Notes under the pieces: model-generated
Database searches by the model: none
What the model saw: the letters and a program-made list of their open reading frames with translations, nothing else
Told to the model about the DNA's origin: nothing
Shown here: positions 35,279 to 44,095 of the stretch, piece by piece
How the letters are laid out: each line of letters opens with the position of its first letter
How positions within the stretch are numbered: the first letter of the stretch is position 1
Source of the DNA: a virus
Lineage: Duplodnaviria; Caudoviricetes
Reading direction: 5' to 3' (one strand)
Virus record (IMG/VR): IMGVR_UViG_3300049489_000263
Location: 1-52,739 of that record
Length of the DNA stretch: 52,739 nt
Program-made: the position numbers and the translations under genes

Positions 35279-38200
35279 CTAGATCACAAGTCCGTAGCCA
35301 ACAAGTGCACTACGTAGCAAATTAACCTGCGCCTTAAGATTATTCAACATAGTCTGCTCGTTGCTGCTATAGGTAGCATCAGCAGTATCTGTTATTGCTG
35401 ATGAACTCGTGGCATATTGCACAACTGGTGTAACCCCAAAGAATCCCAATTTGTAGCTAGTAGCAGTATTGAGTTTTAGACCACTGTCGGATAAATTGAT
35501 ATCGCATTGAGTGACGCCAGATGAGTTCTTATGGTATACGTCTATAGATGAATCAGTTATGACTAACCCAGCTGTTGTGTTATTAGTAGAGTTCTTTTTA
35601 TAGTAGGCTAGCCCGGAGGATCCGATAGAAAAATTGTTAACGTTGTAATTATTGGTATCATAAGATGAAAAAGTTAGTGAATAGTTATATTGGAGTAAGT
35701 ACGATCTAACGTTAGTATTGGCAATATAGGTCACTGTACTATAGATTCTACTAGCACTATATTCCACTGTAACAGTATCTGTAGAGCCGACGTGGTTGAA
35801 TAGACTCGCATCTAATGTAAAAGTAGTTAATGTGCCAGACCCAGAAATGCTAGAATCTCCAGATATCGTGATCTTATTAGTAGATTTATCGTACCCTATT
35901 AAAGATACCCAAGTGCCCGCGGACTTATCGAAAATCTGTAAGGTATTTGTATAATTACTAGTGTTATAGTTAATTAGTCTGAATCTATGTGAATAATTTG
36001 TGGGAGTAACTGGGGACTCGATTGTATAGTACTCACCACTACCAACGTCTGGTTGGTGCTGATAAGCGACTCCAGACTCGATACCGAGTATCGAGACATC
36101 ATCGCTCGTGAAAGTCTTACCACCTTGTGTAGCCGTGATCGTTGCACTGGCCAACTGGTCGGTGCCGAGCGTGAACTTAAGGTCCGAAGCGGTCCAGTTA
36201 CCAGATCCGTCTGTCGTGATACTCGTTAGTTGCGAGGCACCTTGATAGAGACGTTCGGCCGAATCGGTGCTAGATATAGAAATGCTATACGCTGTCGAGG
36301 GCGCGCCACCTGTCAATGAGGCCGTGAAGACCTCATCGCGGCTGACGACATTCGGCGTCGTCCACACTATAGCTGCGTCGGAGACGCCAACTGCCTCACT
36401 GGGGCCAATCGTTGGGCTGCCAGTTATATAGAGCGAGAGCGAGTCGTCGCCTGAGCCGCCAGTGATCTGTAGGTTGGTGAGTGTAGCTATGCCATTAACG
36501 AACGTGATGCTTGACTTGTTGATAGTATCGGAACCATCAGACCTATTCGAGTAGAGCGTATAGGTGCCGTTGATTCTGAGTATCTGGCCATCGAACGATT
36601 GGGCCGACACAGTAACCGTATAGTTTGTGGCACGTTTCATCACGTCTGGCCAGTTGACCGATAGCTTATAGTCTTTAGGAGGCTCGACTACCGTGTCGGT
36701 TGGCTTAGACGGTTGGATTGTGTAGTCCATCTCGGCTAAGCCAGTGACGACACTTGCTGGAGCGGTCGTCCAGCCCGTCACAGGATTGGCTGGATCGCCT
36801 GACCAGTAGTTGGTGTCGATTACTGGTTCACCTAGAGTCACTACGCCAGTCTTGGAGGCTAGCTCAACGTCAACAGTGATCTTGTGTTCAAGAGTGTCGT
36901 GATCGAGGTTGATGACCTGCCCGTCAAGCGTATTCGCGGATAGGGTATCCACGGTAACGCTCATCGGATCGAACGGCTGGTAGGCCGCTAGAGGCAGATA
37001 GCTCGTAGCCTTGATCCGTCGCCACGCGTTGGATTTGCGATATCCGTTGAAGTCAGCACTCAACTTGACGAGCCCCTCGATATTGTAGATCCAATAGTTC
37101 TCTGCGGATTCCTGTAGACCGAACGTGTCTTCATTGTTGAAGTACTCGTAGGTTAGGGCATCAACGGACAGGTCACGTTGCCAAGTTACCTTGAGCTTCG
37201 TGGCCACATCCTCGATGGGCCTGAACGACATTGCGAATGACGGGCCGTCGATCTGAGCCACTGTAAGGTCAACGATGCCAGCAGCTCCGCGAGTGGCATA
37301 ACCCGCGCGAGTCACGTACTGATCCGGGCTCTCGCTCAGGCACTTGACCCCGAACGTGGAGCCACTGAACTGCACAGCCAATCGGCTCTGATACGCGATA
37401 TCAGACACTAGCTCCAACACATCGCGTACATCGCGGATAGCGCAGCCTATAGGGAATAGGTTGTAATGTGTTTTGAGAGCCGTAATGTACGTGGACGAGG
37501 CGAACGAGTAGTCTGTGTAGGTATCGATCAGATACTCGATGGCGGATACGCTGTTAGCGGTTAGGCTAGAGGTCTGGGTGACGTAGATTTCCGAGTCGGC
37601 CCAACCTTCCTCGCGTTCGTCCAAGGATACAGTGAACTCTAGGTACGCGCAGTTAGATCGGATGCCAAGCGTGTTGTTGAGATACTTCGTATAGTAGCTA
37701 GATGGAACAGCTACTAGCTCGGTCTTGCTATCGACGGTTCGCTTAGCGAAGACTTGATGCACGGTTGTCGTTGGAGCTAGATTGATAACGTATCTATCGG
37801 TTCCTAAAATACGGAACTCATCGCTAGCTGCCGCGATCAGATCGGTGTTGAACGTGTGGTAGCTGAGTGAGCTAGTCGTGCCGCCGAAAACTGGACTCGT
37901 GTAGCTGTAATAGTTAGGATACTTATACGCGCCCCACGCAGCCTTTGGCACGCCAGCCACATTGTTGATGGTGCCAGAACCAAGGGCTACAGGATCATTA
38001 GCTGAGTCGAGCCAAGGCGTAGCGAACACACACTTCGTACCCTGTTGGCCGATACAGAAATTGATTCGACCTATCGAGGAAATGTAGCAGAACTTTCCAG
38101 CTAGGTTCACTCCGGCTGCTACCCACAGCACAGCTGGATCATTTAGAGCATCACCCCGAGATTGGATCGTGAGCGAGGTGTAGTAGTCCTTATTATTGGT

Positions 38201-38989
38201 AGAGATATTGAATGTATTATCGGTGAAAGATCCACTCATCAACAACCAAACCCAACGTTCGGCCGCTGGGGAACTGATGAATGGGAAGTAGTATGCCTGA
38301 TCTTCTGACCTGATATCGAATATCGCCCAGGTCTTAACTCTCAAACGAGCGTCAATGGTGCCAGTTGGCAATGAGTCATTAGTGTCGATGACAAAACTGG
38401 TCGTCGATAAATCCTCAGCCATGAAGGTCTGAGTCTTACCATTGACTGTGCCAGTGACTTTCTGGCATGGGAGCTTGATGACAGATCCAAACACCAGTGG
38501 CCACGGCTTGCCTTCTGCGTCACGTAAGAGGCCAGTTACGTCTCCGGCGGCAGGAGCATAGCCTACCTCTCGGGATTTCAGTGTCTCTAGATTGAAGGTT
38601 AGCTGCCGCGTACGTTCTTGATATCCGATATCAGACGTGATCCGTCCAGTCAGTAGGCTGGATAGGTCTTCTGAATCAGCATAGGCCAAGAATAGTGTAG
38701 CTGCCAAGCCTTCAATAGCCGTGTCCTTCATGCGAGTTTGGAGGGAGCCATCAGTGTCATTGAGCGTCACCGACACCGCACCGATAGACCCAGCATTCGT
38801 AGATTGTAGAGCCTCGGCTAAGCCACCCAGGCTAGCTATAGCGCCAACGACCTGAGTAACGCCGAGCGTTACATCGCGATCGCCATAATTGACTGGTCCA
38901 CTTGGCCAGTCTATCTGTAGGATTATGAGGGGCTCGGTCCCAGCGGCCAGGTTGATCCTGGCCGCCAGTTCCGCTGCAAGTTGCTTCAT
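35279..38989 (-). CDS. Tail tip/baseplate hub protein with C-terminal beta-rich domains
   Basis: 1236 aa, GKPWPLVFG motif, tail module position, AT-rich C-terminal part. Confidence 0.7.
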   Translation of the reverse strand: MKQLAAELAARINLAAGTEPLIILQIDWPSGPVNYGDRDVTLGVTQVVGAIASLGGLAEALQSTNAGSIGAVSVTLNDTDGSLQTRMKDTAIEGLAATLFLAYADSEDLSSLLTGRITSDIGYQERTRQLTFNLETLKSREVGYAPAAGDVTGLLRDAEGKPWPLVFGSVIKLPCQKVTGTVNGKTQTFMAEDLSTTSFVIDTNDSLPTGTIDARLRVKTWAIFDIRSEDQAYYFPFISSPAAERWVWLLMSGSFTDNTFNISTNNKDYYTSLTIQSRGDALNDPAVLWVAAGVNLAGKFCYISSIGRINFCIGQQGTKCVFATPWLDSANDPVALGSGTINNVAGVPKAAWGAYKYPNYYSYTSPVFGGTTSSLSYHTFNTDLIAAASDEFRILGTDRYVINLAPTTTVHQVFAKRTVDSKTELVAVPSSYYTKYLNNTLGIRSNCAYLEFTVSLDEREEGWADSEIYVTQTSSLTANSVSAIEYLIDTYTDYSFASSTYITALKTHYNLFPIGCAIRDVRDVLELVSDIAYQSRLAVQFSGSTFGVKCLSESPDQYVTRAGYATRGAAGIVDLTVAQIDGPSFAMSFRPIEDVATKLKVTWQRDLSVDALTYEYFNNEDTFGLQESAENYWIYNIEGLVKLSADFNGYRKSNAWRRIKATSYLPLAAYQPFDPMSVTVDTLSANTLDGQVINLDHDTLEHKITVDVELASKTGVVTLGEPVIDTNYWSGDPANPVTGWTTAPASVVTGLAEMDYTIQPSKPTDTVVEPPKDYKLSVNWPDVMKRATNYTVTVSAQSFDGQILRINGTYTLYSNRSDGSDTINKSSITFVNGIATLTNLQITGGSGDDSLSLYITGSPTIGPSEAVGVSDAAIVWTTPNVVSRDEVFTASLTGGAPSTAYSISISSTDSAERLYQGASQLTSITTDGSGNWTASDLKFTLGTDQLASATITATQGGKTFTSDDVSILGIESGVAYQHQPDVGSGEYYTIESPVTPTNYSHRFRLINYNTSNYTNTLQIFDKSAGTWVSLIGYDKSTNKITISGDSSISGSGTLTTFTLDASLFNHVGSTDTVTVEYSASRIYSTVTYIANTNVRSYLLQYNYSLTFSSYDTNNYNVNNFSIGSSGLAYYKKNSTNNTTAGLVITDSSIDVYHKNSSGVTQCDINLSDSGLKLNTATSYKLGFFGVTPVVQYATSSSAITDTADATYSSNEQTMLNNLKAQVNLLRSALVGYGLVI

Positions 38990-39723
38990 GCTTCTCTGGC
39001 CCTCTTGATGGTTTCGTACGTCCCATTACGTTTCTGGCGAGCCTTGTGTTCCTCAGGCTTGATGCCTCCTGCATAGGCATCCTTAGCGAAATCTACAGCG
39101 TCTTTGAGCGCAGCCTTATTCTTCATGATACCGCGTATCACGAGAGCAGCCGCTCCAGCGATGCCGCCACCTGCGCCTAGCATGGCTAGGATACCTTCCC
39201 AAGTAGAGGGATCTAGTGCCGTACGTAGGGCCTGCCAAAATACAGCTTCCTCGTAGGCCCGTCCGGCTTGTATATAGACAAGGCGTACAAACTGCTGATT
39301 ATTATCCGGCATAGGCCCAGGATCTTGGTTGCCCGTTGCTTGTATCGCAGGCCCAATAGCGACTCGTGCCGCGTCGATGAGTTCTTCCCTAATAGTAGCG
39401 TCGGACTCGGCTTTAGCGCGGACCAAGGCCTGATCGGCTAAGACTAGGCTCTTGCCTATCTCACGGTAGCCACAACCTGCGAAAGCCAACACCAGAACGA
39501 GTGGTAGAATCTTCGCGAACACAGCCGCAAACACTGCTTTGGCTTTATCAACCGTAATAGTCTGCCCGCCTACTTCTAGAGGGAACACGTCCTGATACCG
39601 CATATCAACGAGAGTCTGTTGGCCATCTTCTTTCTGTATGGCTCGTAGGCGATCTCGCGTGATATGCAGTTCCCTGCCTGTGATTACAATGTCTGCGGTT
39701 CGGGGTTTCGTTGTATCGTCCAT
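38986..39723 (-). CDS. Membrane/lipoprotein-like protein, possibly lysis-related
   Basis: GGAGG RBS; internal hydrophobic stretch ending LAFAGC (lipobox-like) and a second TM near the C-terminus. Confidence 0.6.
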   Translation of the reverse strand: MDDTTKPRTADIVITGRELHITRDRLRAIQKEDGQQTLVDMRYQDVFPLEVGGQTITVDKAKAVFAAVFAKILPLVLVLAFAGCGYREIGKSLVLADQALVRAKAESDATIREELIDAARVAIGPAIQATGNQDPGPMPDNNQQFVRLVYIQAGRAYEEAVFWQALRTALDPSTWEGILAMLGAGGGIAGAAALVIRGIMKNKAALKDAVDFAKDAYAGGIKPEEHKARQKRNGTYETIKRAREA

Positions 39724-39733
39724 GTTTCCTCCG

Positions 39734-42700
39734 TCAGGTATCCGTAACAATAGTCTTGACTGTTCCATCGCCGAACTTGACCTTGAGGTCTCCATCGGCT
39801 GAATCGACGTAGATCAACGCATATCCGCTTGAAGTTGCCGGCGCGGTCATCGCGTCTTTGATCTTCAGATATCCATCGGTGAACAGGTACGAATAGGCGT
39901 ACACGTAGCCGCCGTCGGCGCTGAGGAACGAGTTGCTGCGGATCGCGGCGTCGGCCCTGACATAGCCATTCCCGATCAGCACTTCGCCCGTGCTGGGCGT
40001 GCCGGGTGTCGATCCGCCTGTGGCGTAGATCGTGCCGGCCACTTCCAGCTTGTGCGTCGTCGGGGATCGGCTGAAGCCCGCTCGTCCATTTGCCGTGTCG
40101 AGGTACAGCAACGTCGTGGATGCATCCTGCTTGCGGAACGAATGCAGGTCAGCGTCATAATATGCCCTGTCGGCCAAGGTGGCATGCGTGCTGCCATACA
40201 GTTCGATGTTTGCACCGCCAGCCAGTGCGCCACCATACAGTTTCAGGGACTGCGTGTCGTCAGACTGATATATGTTTGCCGACCCGCCCGCGCCAAGCTC
40301 CAGGTTGCCGGCCACCACTAGCTTTCCCTCGGTGAGCGTCATCCACGTCTCAACCGTCGTGCTGCCATTAGGCACCCCGGTCCACAGGTGTTCTGTCTCA
40401 TGGTTCGTTGTGGTCCAGGCTGACCCGGCGCGGATAAGATACTGCGCCTTGGTGTCGTACCATGTCGAGCCGTCGTAGCCGCCGCCGACGATTTGTACCA
40501 GACCAGCGTTGTCATCAACAGCAGTCGGGGAGGATCGCGTTCCGGCGCTGCGGTATCCACGGATGGCCAGACCGCCACCAGTGCCGAAGCTCGTCCCATT
40601 GATGACTGGCGCGGTGTTGTCAGTACAGAATAGCTCAAGATTGATGTTGGCCACGCTGACGGTGCGACCCGTTGGTAACGTACCAGACGCAGCGGTATCA
40701 ATGACTGCCCCATTGGTTCGTACCAGCAACGCCTCGTCGTTGTGCGGTGTCGTGGTCCCGATCAGCACCGATGTGCTGGCATAGGCTGAGCCGTTGACTT
40801 CCAGTTCACGCGTCGTCGGGATGCGACCAATCCCAACCTTTCCTGCTGCGGTAATCCGCATGCGCTCAGTGATGGATGCGCTTCCGTTGCTGACACCAAA
40901 TATCATGTCAGCGGATTGCGAAGCGTTATAGGAACAGGCTATTGCGCCGGTTCCATTGAAGGCGGCGAATCGAATGCCAGAAAGAATGGCGTTGACGCTG
41001 TTTTGTACATTCTGCGTACGCACCGCAAGTCCGGTGCAATCCATGTTGCTCACTACAGATGTCGTGGTCAGGCCGTCATTGCTGGTGACGTAGTTGTCGA
41101 AAGCCCCAGCCACCTCCAGCGCATACGTCGTCGGCGTGCGGCCGATGCCGACCTTACCTGCTGCAAACGTGAGATCAGTAGCCACGTAGCTGCCATCATT
41201 GGCTCCATGCCGCATGAAGCGGAGAGTTCCATTGAATACGTCCAAGTGCCATGTCGTCGTGTTATCGACAAGCACGAGTTCGCCGCCCTCGGCTGAATCG
41301 TACTTCCGCAAATACAGGCCGATGCCAAAGGTGTTGGTCGGGTATACACTGATCGCCCCGCCCACCTGCAACGCCTCGGTGCCGGTGGGGTCCATGACGA
41401 TGCCGACCTTGCCGTCAAAGTACGCCGCGCCTCCTCTGGCTACACTAAAGCGGCGGTTTGTTCCGATAGGAGCATCGCCCCATACCACAAAAGCATAGTC
41501 GCCTGGGTCGCCGGATGACGGAACGACGCTCAGCGTCGGAACGGTGGGGCTTGCACCGCCATAGACCGCCGCCCGGCCGCTGACCTGCAACGCCTCGGTG
41601 CCGGTCGGCTCCATCCCGATGCCGATCTTGCTACTATTCTGGCGCAGCACCGAGTCGGCCAGGATGCCGCTGGCCCCAGCCACCGGGACGTAGCCGCTGG
41701 TCAGCGCGGTGACGGTGCCCAACAGGGCGCGGCCACCAGCCAAGCAGGCAATCGATTCTGCGTATCCAGTACCTGTACTGGAACGGCCAAGAACTGTGTT
41801 CTCTGGCACACCTGATATAGCCGTATAAGCCAGTGACGTTGATGCTCCAGAAACAGTCGAGTTACGCGAACGACTCATCTGTTGAACTGCCATCAATCGG
41901 CACTTACCAGTATTAGCATCACCCGCGTTAGCCTGATAAATTAGCTTCCACAGGACTACGCCTTCCTGGTCGACCAACCAACCGAAGTCAGAATATGCAA
42001 AATTGGCAGCCTCGGCTGCGGCAACACTACTATACTTAGCAGTGTGAGTGATGAAATAGTGCTGATAAGTAGTATCCTGGGCCGGAGCGCAGGCATGCCA
42101 AATGATGGTGGTCTCGTTATTGGTTAGGTCTGTGAGCGTCCCAGCGTTTGAATACTGGATATAAGTGCCATAGTAGAATGGCACAGATCCAATTGACCTA
42201 AGCCACGCGGTTCCATTATTGTACCATCGCTGGTATGCAGAACCAGCAGGTTGTGCCTGGATTGTGGCGTCTATATCTTCGTCTTTGAGCGTGCCACCTG
42301 ATACTGCTGGACTATTGGCAACGTCTGTAGCCGTATTCAAGGTATATCCACTTAGCGCGAATCCGCCTAGTAGTGCCTGCGTACCTTGCGTTAGATGCGC
42401 CCACTTGTGATACTCAGCATCCCGGTAGGCACTATGCCATTCTGGAAGAACCCAACCCTCAGTACCTGTGTACGTGATACGTGCGATTGGAGCGTGCTTG
42501 AGGATGTCCCACGCGGAAGTCGATACTGTCAGTACTCCAGATGCGTCTACATATACGAAGTGTTGGCCAACTGCGGTAGTATGTACTATCGTTTGCGGCC
42601 CGGTGAATGTATATTCAGTACCAAAGATCCAAGCTCTGAACGACGAGCCAGTAGGCGTGATCGTGAGTGTGCGTGTGCCGACATTGTACGAGAGTGTGAA

Positions 42701-42904
42701 CTCGCGGGTTCCAGTTTGCCGGTCATAGTAGACACCAGTGATGGGCAAGTAGCGACTCTCAATGTCCCCTAAGATCGTTGTGCGCATATCGCCAACAGTA
42801 ATTTTCTTGCTGCCCAATGAGCCAAGGGACACGTCCACGACGTATAGCAGATCAGAGTCCGTGATACCGGATATCGCACCTAGTGCGCTAACTTTCTCAC
42901 TCAT
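39734..42904 (-). CDS. Tail fibre / receptor-binding protein
   Basis: N-terminal anchor KVSAL...DLLYVVD...SKKIT; repeated GKVGIG..P....L.V.G fibre units; ERMRIT. Confidence 0.88.
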   Translation of the reverse strand: MSEKVSALGAISGITDSDLLYVVDVSLGSLGSKKITVGDMRTTILGDIESRYLPITGVYYDRQTGTREFTLSYNVGTRTLTITPTGSSFRAWIFGTEYTFTGPQTIVHTTAVGQHFVYVDASGVLTVSTSAWDILKHAPIARITYTGTEGWVLPEWHSAYRDAEYHKWAHLTQGTQALLGGFALSGYTLNTATDVANSPAVSGGTLKDEDIDATIQAQPAGSAYQRWYNNGTAWLRSIGSVPFYYGTYIQYSNAGTLTDLTNNETTIIWHACAPAQDTTYQHYFITHTAKYSSVAAAEAANFAYSDFGWLVDQEGVVLWKLIYQANAGDANTGKCRLMAVQQMSRSRNSTVSGASTSLAYTAISGVPENTVLGRSSTGTGYAESIACLAGGRALLGTVTALTSGYVPVAGASGILADSVLRQNSSKIGIGMEPTGTEALQVSGRAAVYGGASPTVPTLSVVPSSGDPGDYAFVVWGDAPIGTNRRFSVARGGAAYFDGKVGIVMDPTGTEALQVGGAISVYPTNTFGIGLYLRKYDSAEGGELVLVDNTTTWHLDVFNGTLRFMRHGANDGSYVATDLTFAAGKVGIGRTPTTYALEVAGAFDNYVTSNDGLTTTSVVSNMDCTGLAVRTQNVQNSVNAILSGIRFAAFNGTGAIACSYNASQSADMIFGVSNGSASITERMRITAAGKVGIGRIPTTRELEVNGSAYASTSVLIGTTTPHNDEALLVRTNGAVIDTAASGTLPTGRTVSVANINLELFCTDNTAPVINGTSFGTGGGLAIRGYRSAGTRSSPTAVDDNAGLVQIVGGGYDGSTWYDTKAQYLIRAGSAWTTTNHETEHLWTGVPNGSTTVETWMTLTEGKLVVAGNLELGAGGSANIYQSDDTQSLKLYGGALAGGANIELYGSTHATLADRAYYDADLHSFRKQDASTTLLYLDTANGRAGFSRSPTTHKLEVAGTIYATGGSTPGTPSTGEVLIGNGYVRADAAIRSNSFLSADGGYVYAYSYLFTDGYLKIKDAMTAPATSSGYALIYVDSADGDLKVKFGDGTVKTIVTDT

Positions 42905-43326
42905 GAAACACTCCCTGTGGCTGACATAGCCACTTGTGGACTGGACCCAGCAAACTCAGCCTGGCCTTGGAACTTACCATCAAACTCCAACTTAACTTGG
43001 AAGAAGTTCTTTGTCTGGACGAACTCTAATGTCTCGTTCAAGAGCCGACCCTTCCATATCCGACCTAGCCAATCTGTGAACTTCACATCTTGGCCGGCGT
43101 ATGTGTGCGCAAATACAACCAAATCGGTCTTATCCAGTGCTGATAGCTTGTTGAACTGCAACTCCAGCCGCCTAGTCAGCAAGGTGTTCCGATACGCATA
43201 CACTGACCCGTCGATGGTAGTGTGGACCTTGGGCCTGAACTTGTAGACTTCTAGGTCGCCTAGTTCAGGGTTCTTAAGACTCACTGTCGCAGTGGGAGCC
43301 GTGAAAGGTGCCTCTAAAAGGATCAT
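42901..43326 (-). CDS. Distal-tail (Dit)-like protein 3
   Basis: SLKNPELGD, L.L.F..L, TDW.GR.W.G; downstream of TMP. Confidence 0.6.
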   Translation of the reverse strand: MILLEAPFTAPTATVSLKNPELGDLEVYKFRPKVHTTIDGSVYAYRNTLLTRRLELQFNKLSALDKTDLVVFAHTYAGQDVKFTDWLGRIWKGRLLNETLEFVQTKNFFQVKLEFDGKFQGQAEFAGSSPQVAMSATGSVS

Positions 43327-43742
43327 ATAGACGCCTCCAGGAGCAGCGGCTGGCCTGCCTCGTCAAGCAAGTAAGTATCATCTTCCAAGAGTAGGTAGCT
43401 GTATCCACGTGTCCTATACAGAACCAGCGACAGGTCATATGCGCAGGAGTCATGGTCACACGTTACAGGCAAGTCTGGCATATCAAGGTAACAAGGGAAG
43501 GACTCGCCTAGGACTGTGACATCTATGACTCGGCCTTGATACTCTTGTACGACTCGACAAATATCAAGGACAGCTTGTTTCCTTAGGGCAGAGAACTGCA
43601 ACAACATCCTACGCACAACAATACGCCCAGGCAGTTGAGCAGTCGTGATGCCCAATCTGGCCTGGAGTGTAGTGCTGCCCAATTCCACAGTGTCTTGATT
43701 CGCGATATCAGGATCGCGTATGGTTATCGGGCCTAGTTCCAT
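43323..43742 (-). CDS. Distal-tail (Dit)-like protein 2
   Basis: ITIRDPDIAN, LQFSAL, C.YDL; similar layout to neighbours. Confidence 0.55.
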   Translation of the reverse strand: MELGPITIRDPDIANQDTVELGSTTLQARLGITTAQLPGRIVVRRMLLQFSALRKQAVLDICRVVQEYQGRVIDVTVLGESFPCYLDMPDLPVTCDHDSCAYDLSLVLYRTRGYSYLLLEDDTYLLDEAGQPLLLEASI

Positions 43743-44095
43743 ATTGTTGACTCGCGTAGTCGTAGGGTTACTTCGTAGCTACATCCATCTTTTCGTGTAG
43801 CAGCTTCTAGATCCTCATTGTCGAGGTACACGTAAAGCGTAAGCCCTGTGAACTCTGCTACCACCTCTAAGGCCTGGGCCTTATCCATGAACCACCTCAA
43901 TCGTTCTAGCTCCATACGGGTCAAGCAGTTAAAACCCAAAACATACATGGACTCACTAAGACGATCAGGGAGGCCAGCTATGCTGGCCTCCCCGATGCGT
44001 GTCTCTCGTCTAGTGATTGGATTGATCGTAGATTGCGTGTTGCCGATTTGAGGTTCAGGCAACGTTACGCTATAGGCTCCGCAGGTGAGGATCAT
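43733..44095 (-). CDS. Distal-tail (Dit)-like protein 1
   Basis: VTLPEPQIGN, LGFNCL, CSYEV; immediately after TMP. Confidence 0.6.
   Translation of the reverse strand: MILTCGAYSVTLPEPQIGNTQSTINPITRRETRIGEASIAGLPDRLSESMYVLGFNCLTRMELERLRWFMDKAQALEVVAEFTGLTLYVYLDNEDLEAATRKDGCSYEVTLRLRESTIWN

Noticed and set aside
41363-41605. DGR template/variable repeat pair (ACCTGCAACGCCTCGGTGCCGGT x2)
   Set aside because: Both copies are in-frame fibre repeats (PTGTEALQV) within one gene; no adenine-specific divergence and no reverse transcriptase in the window.
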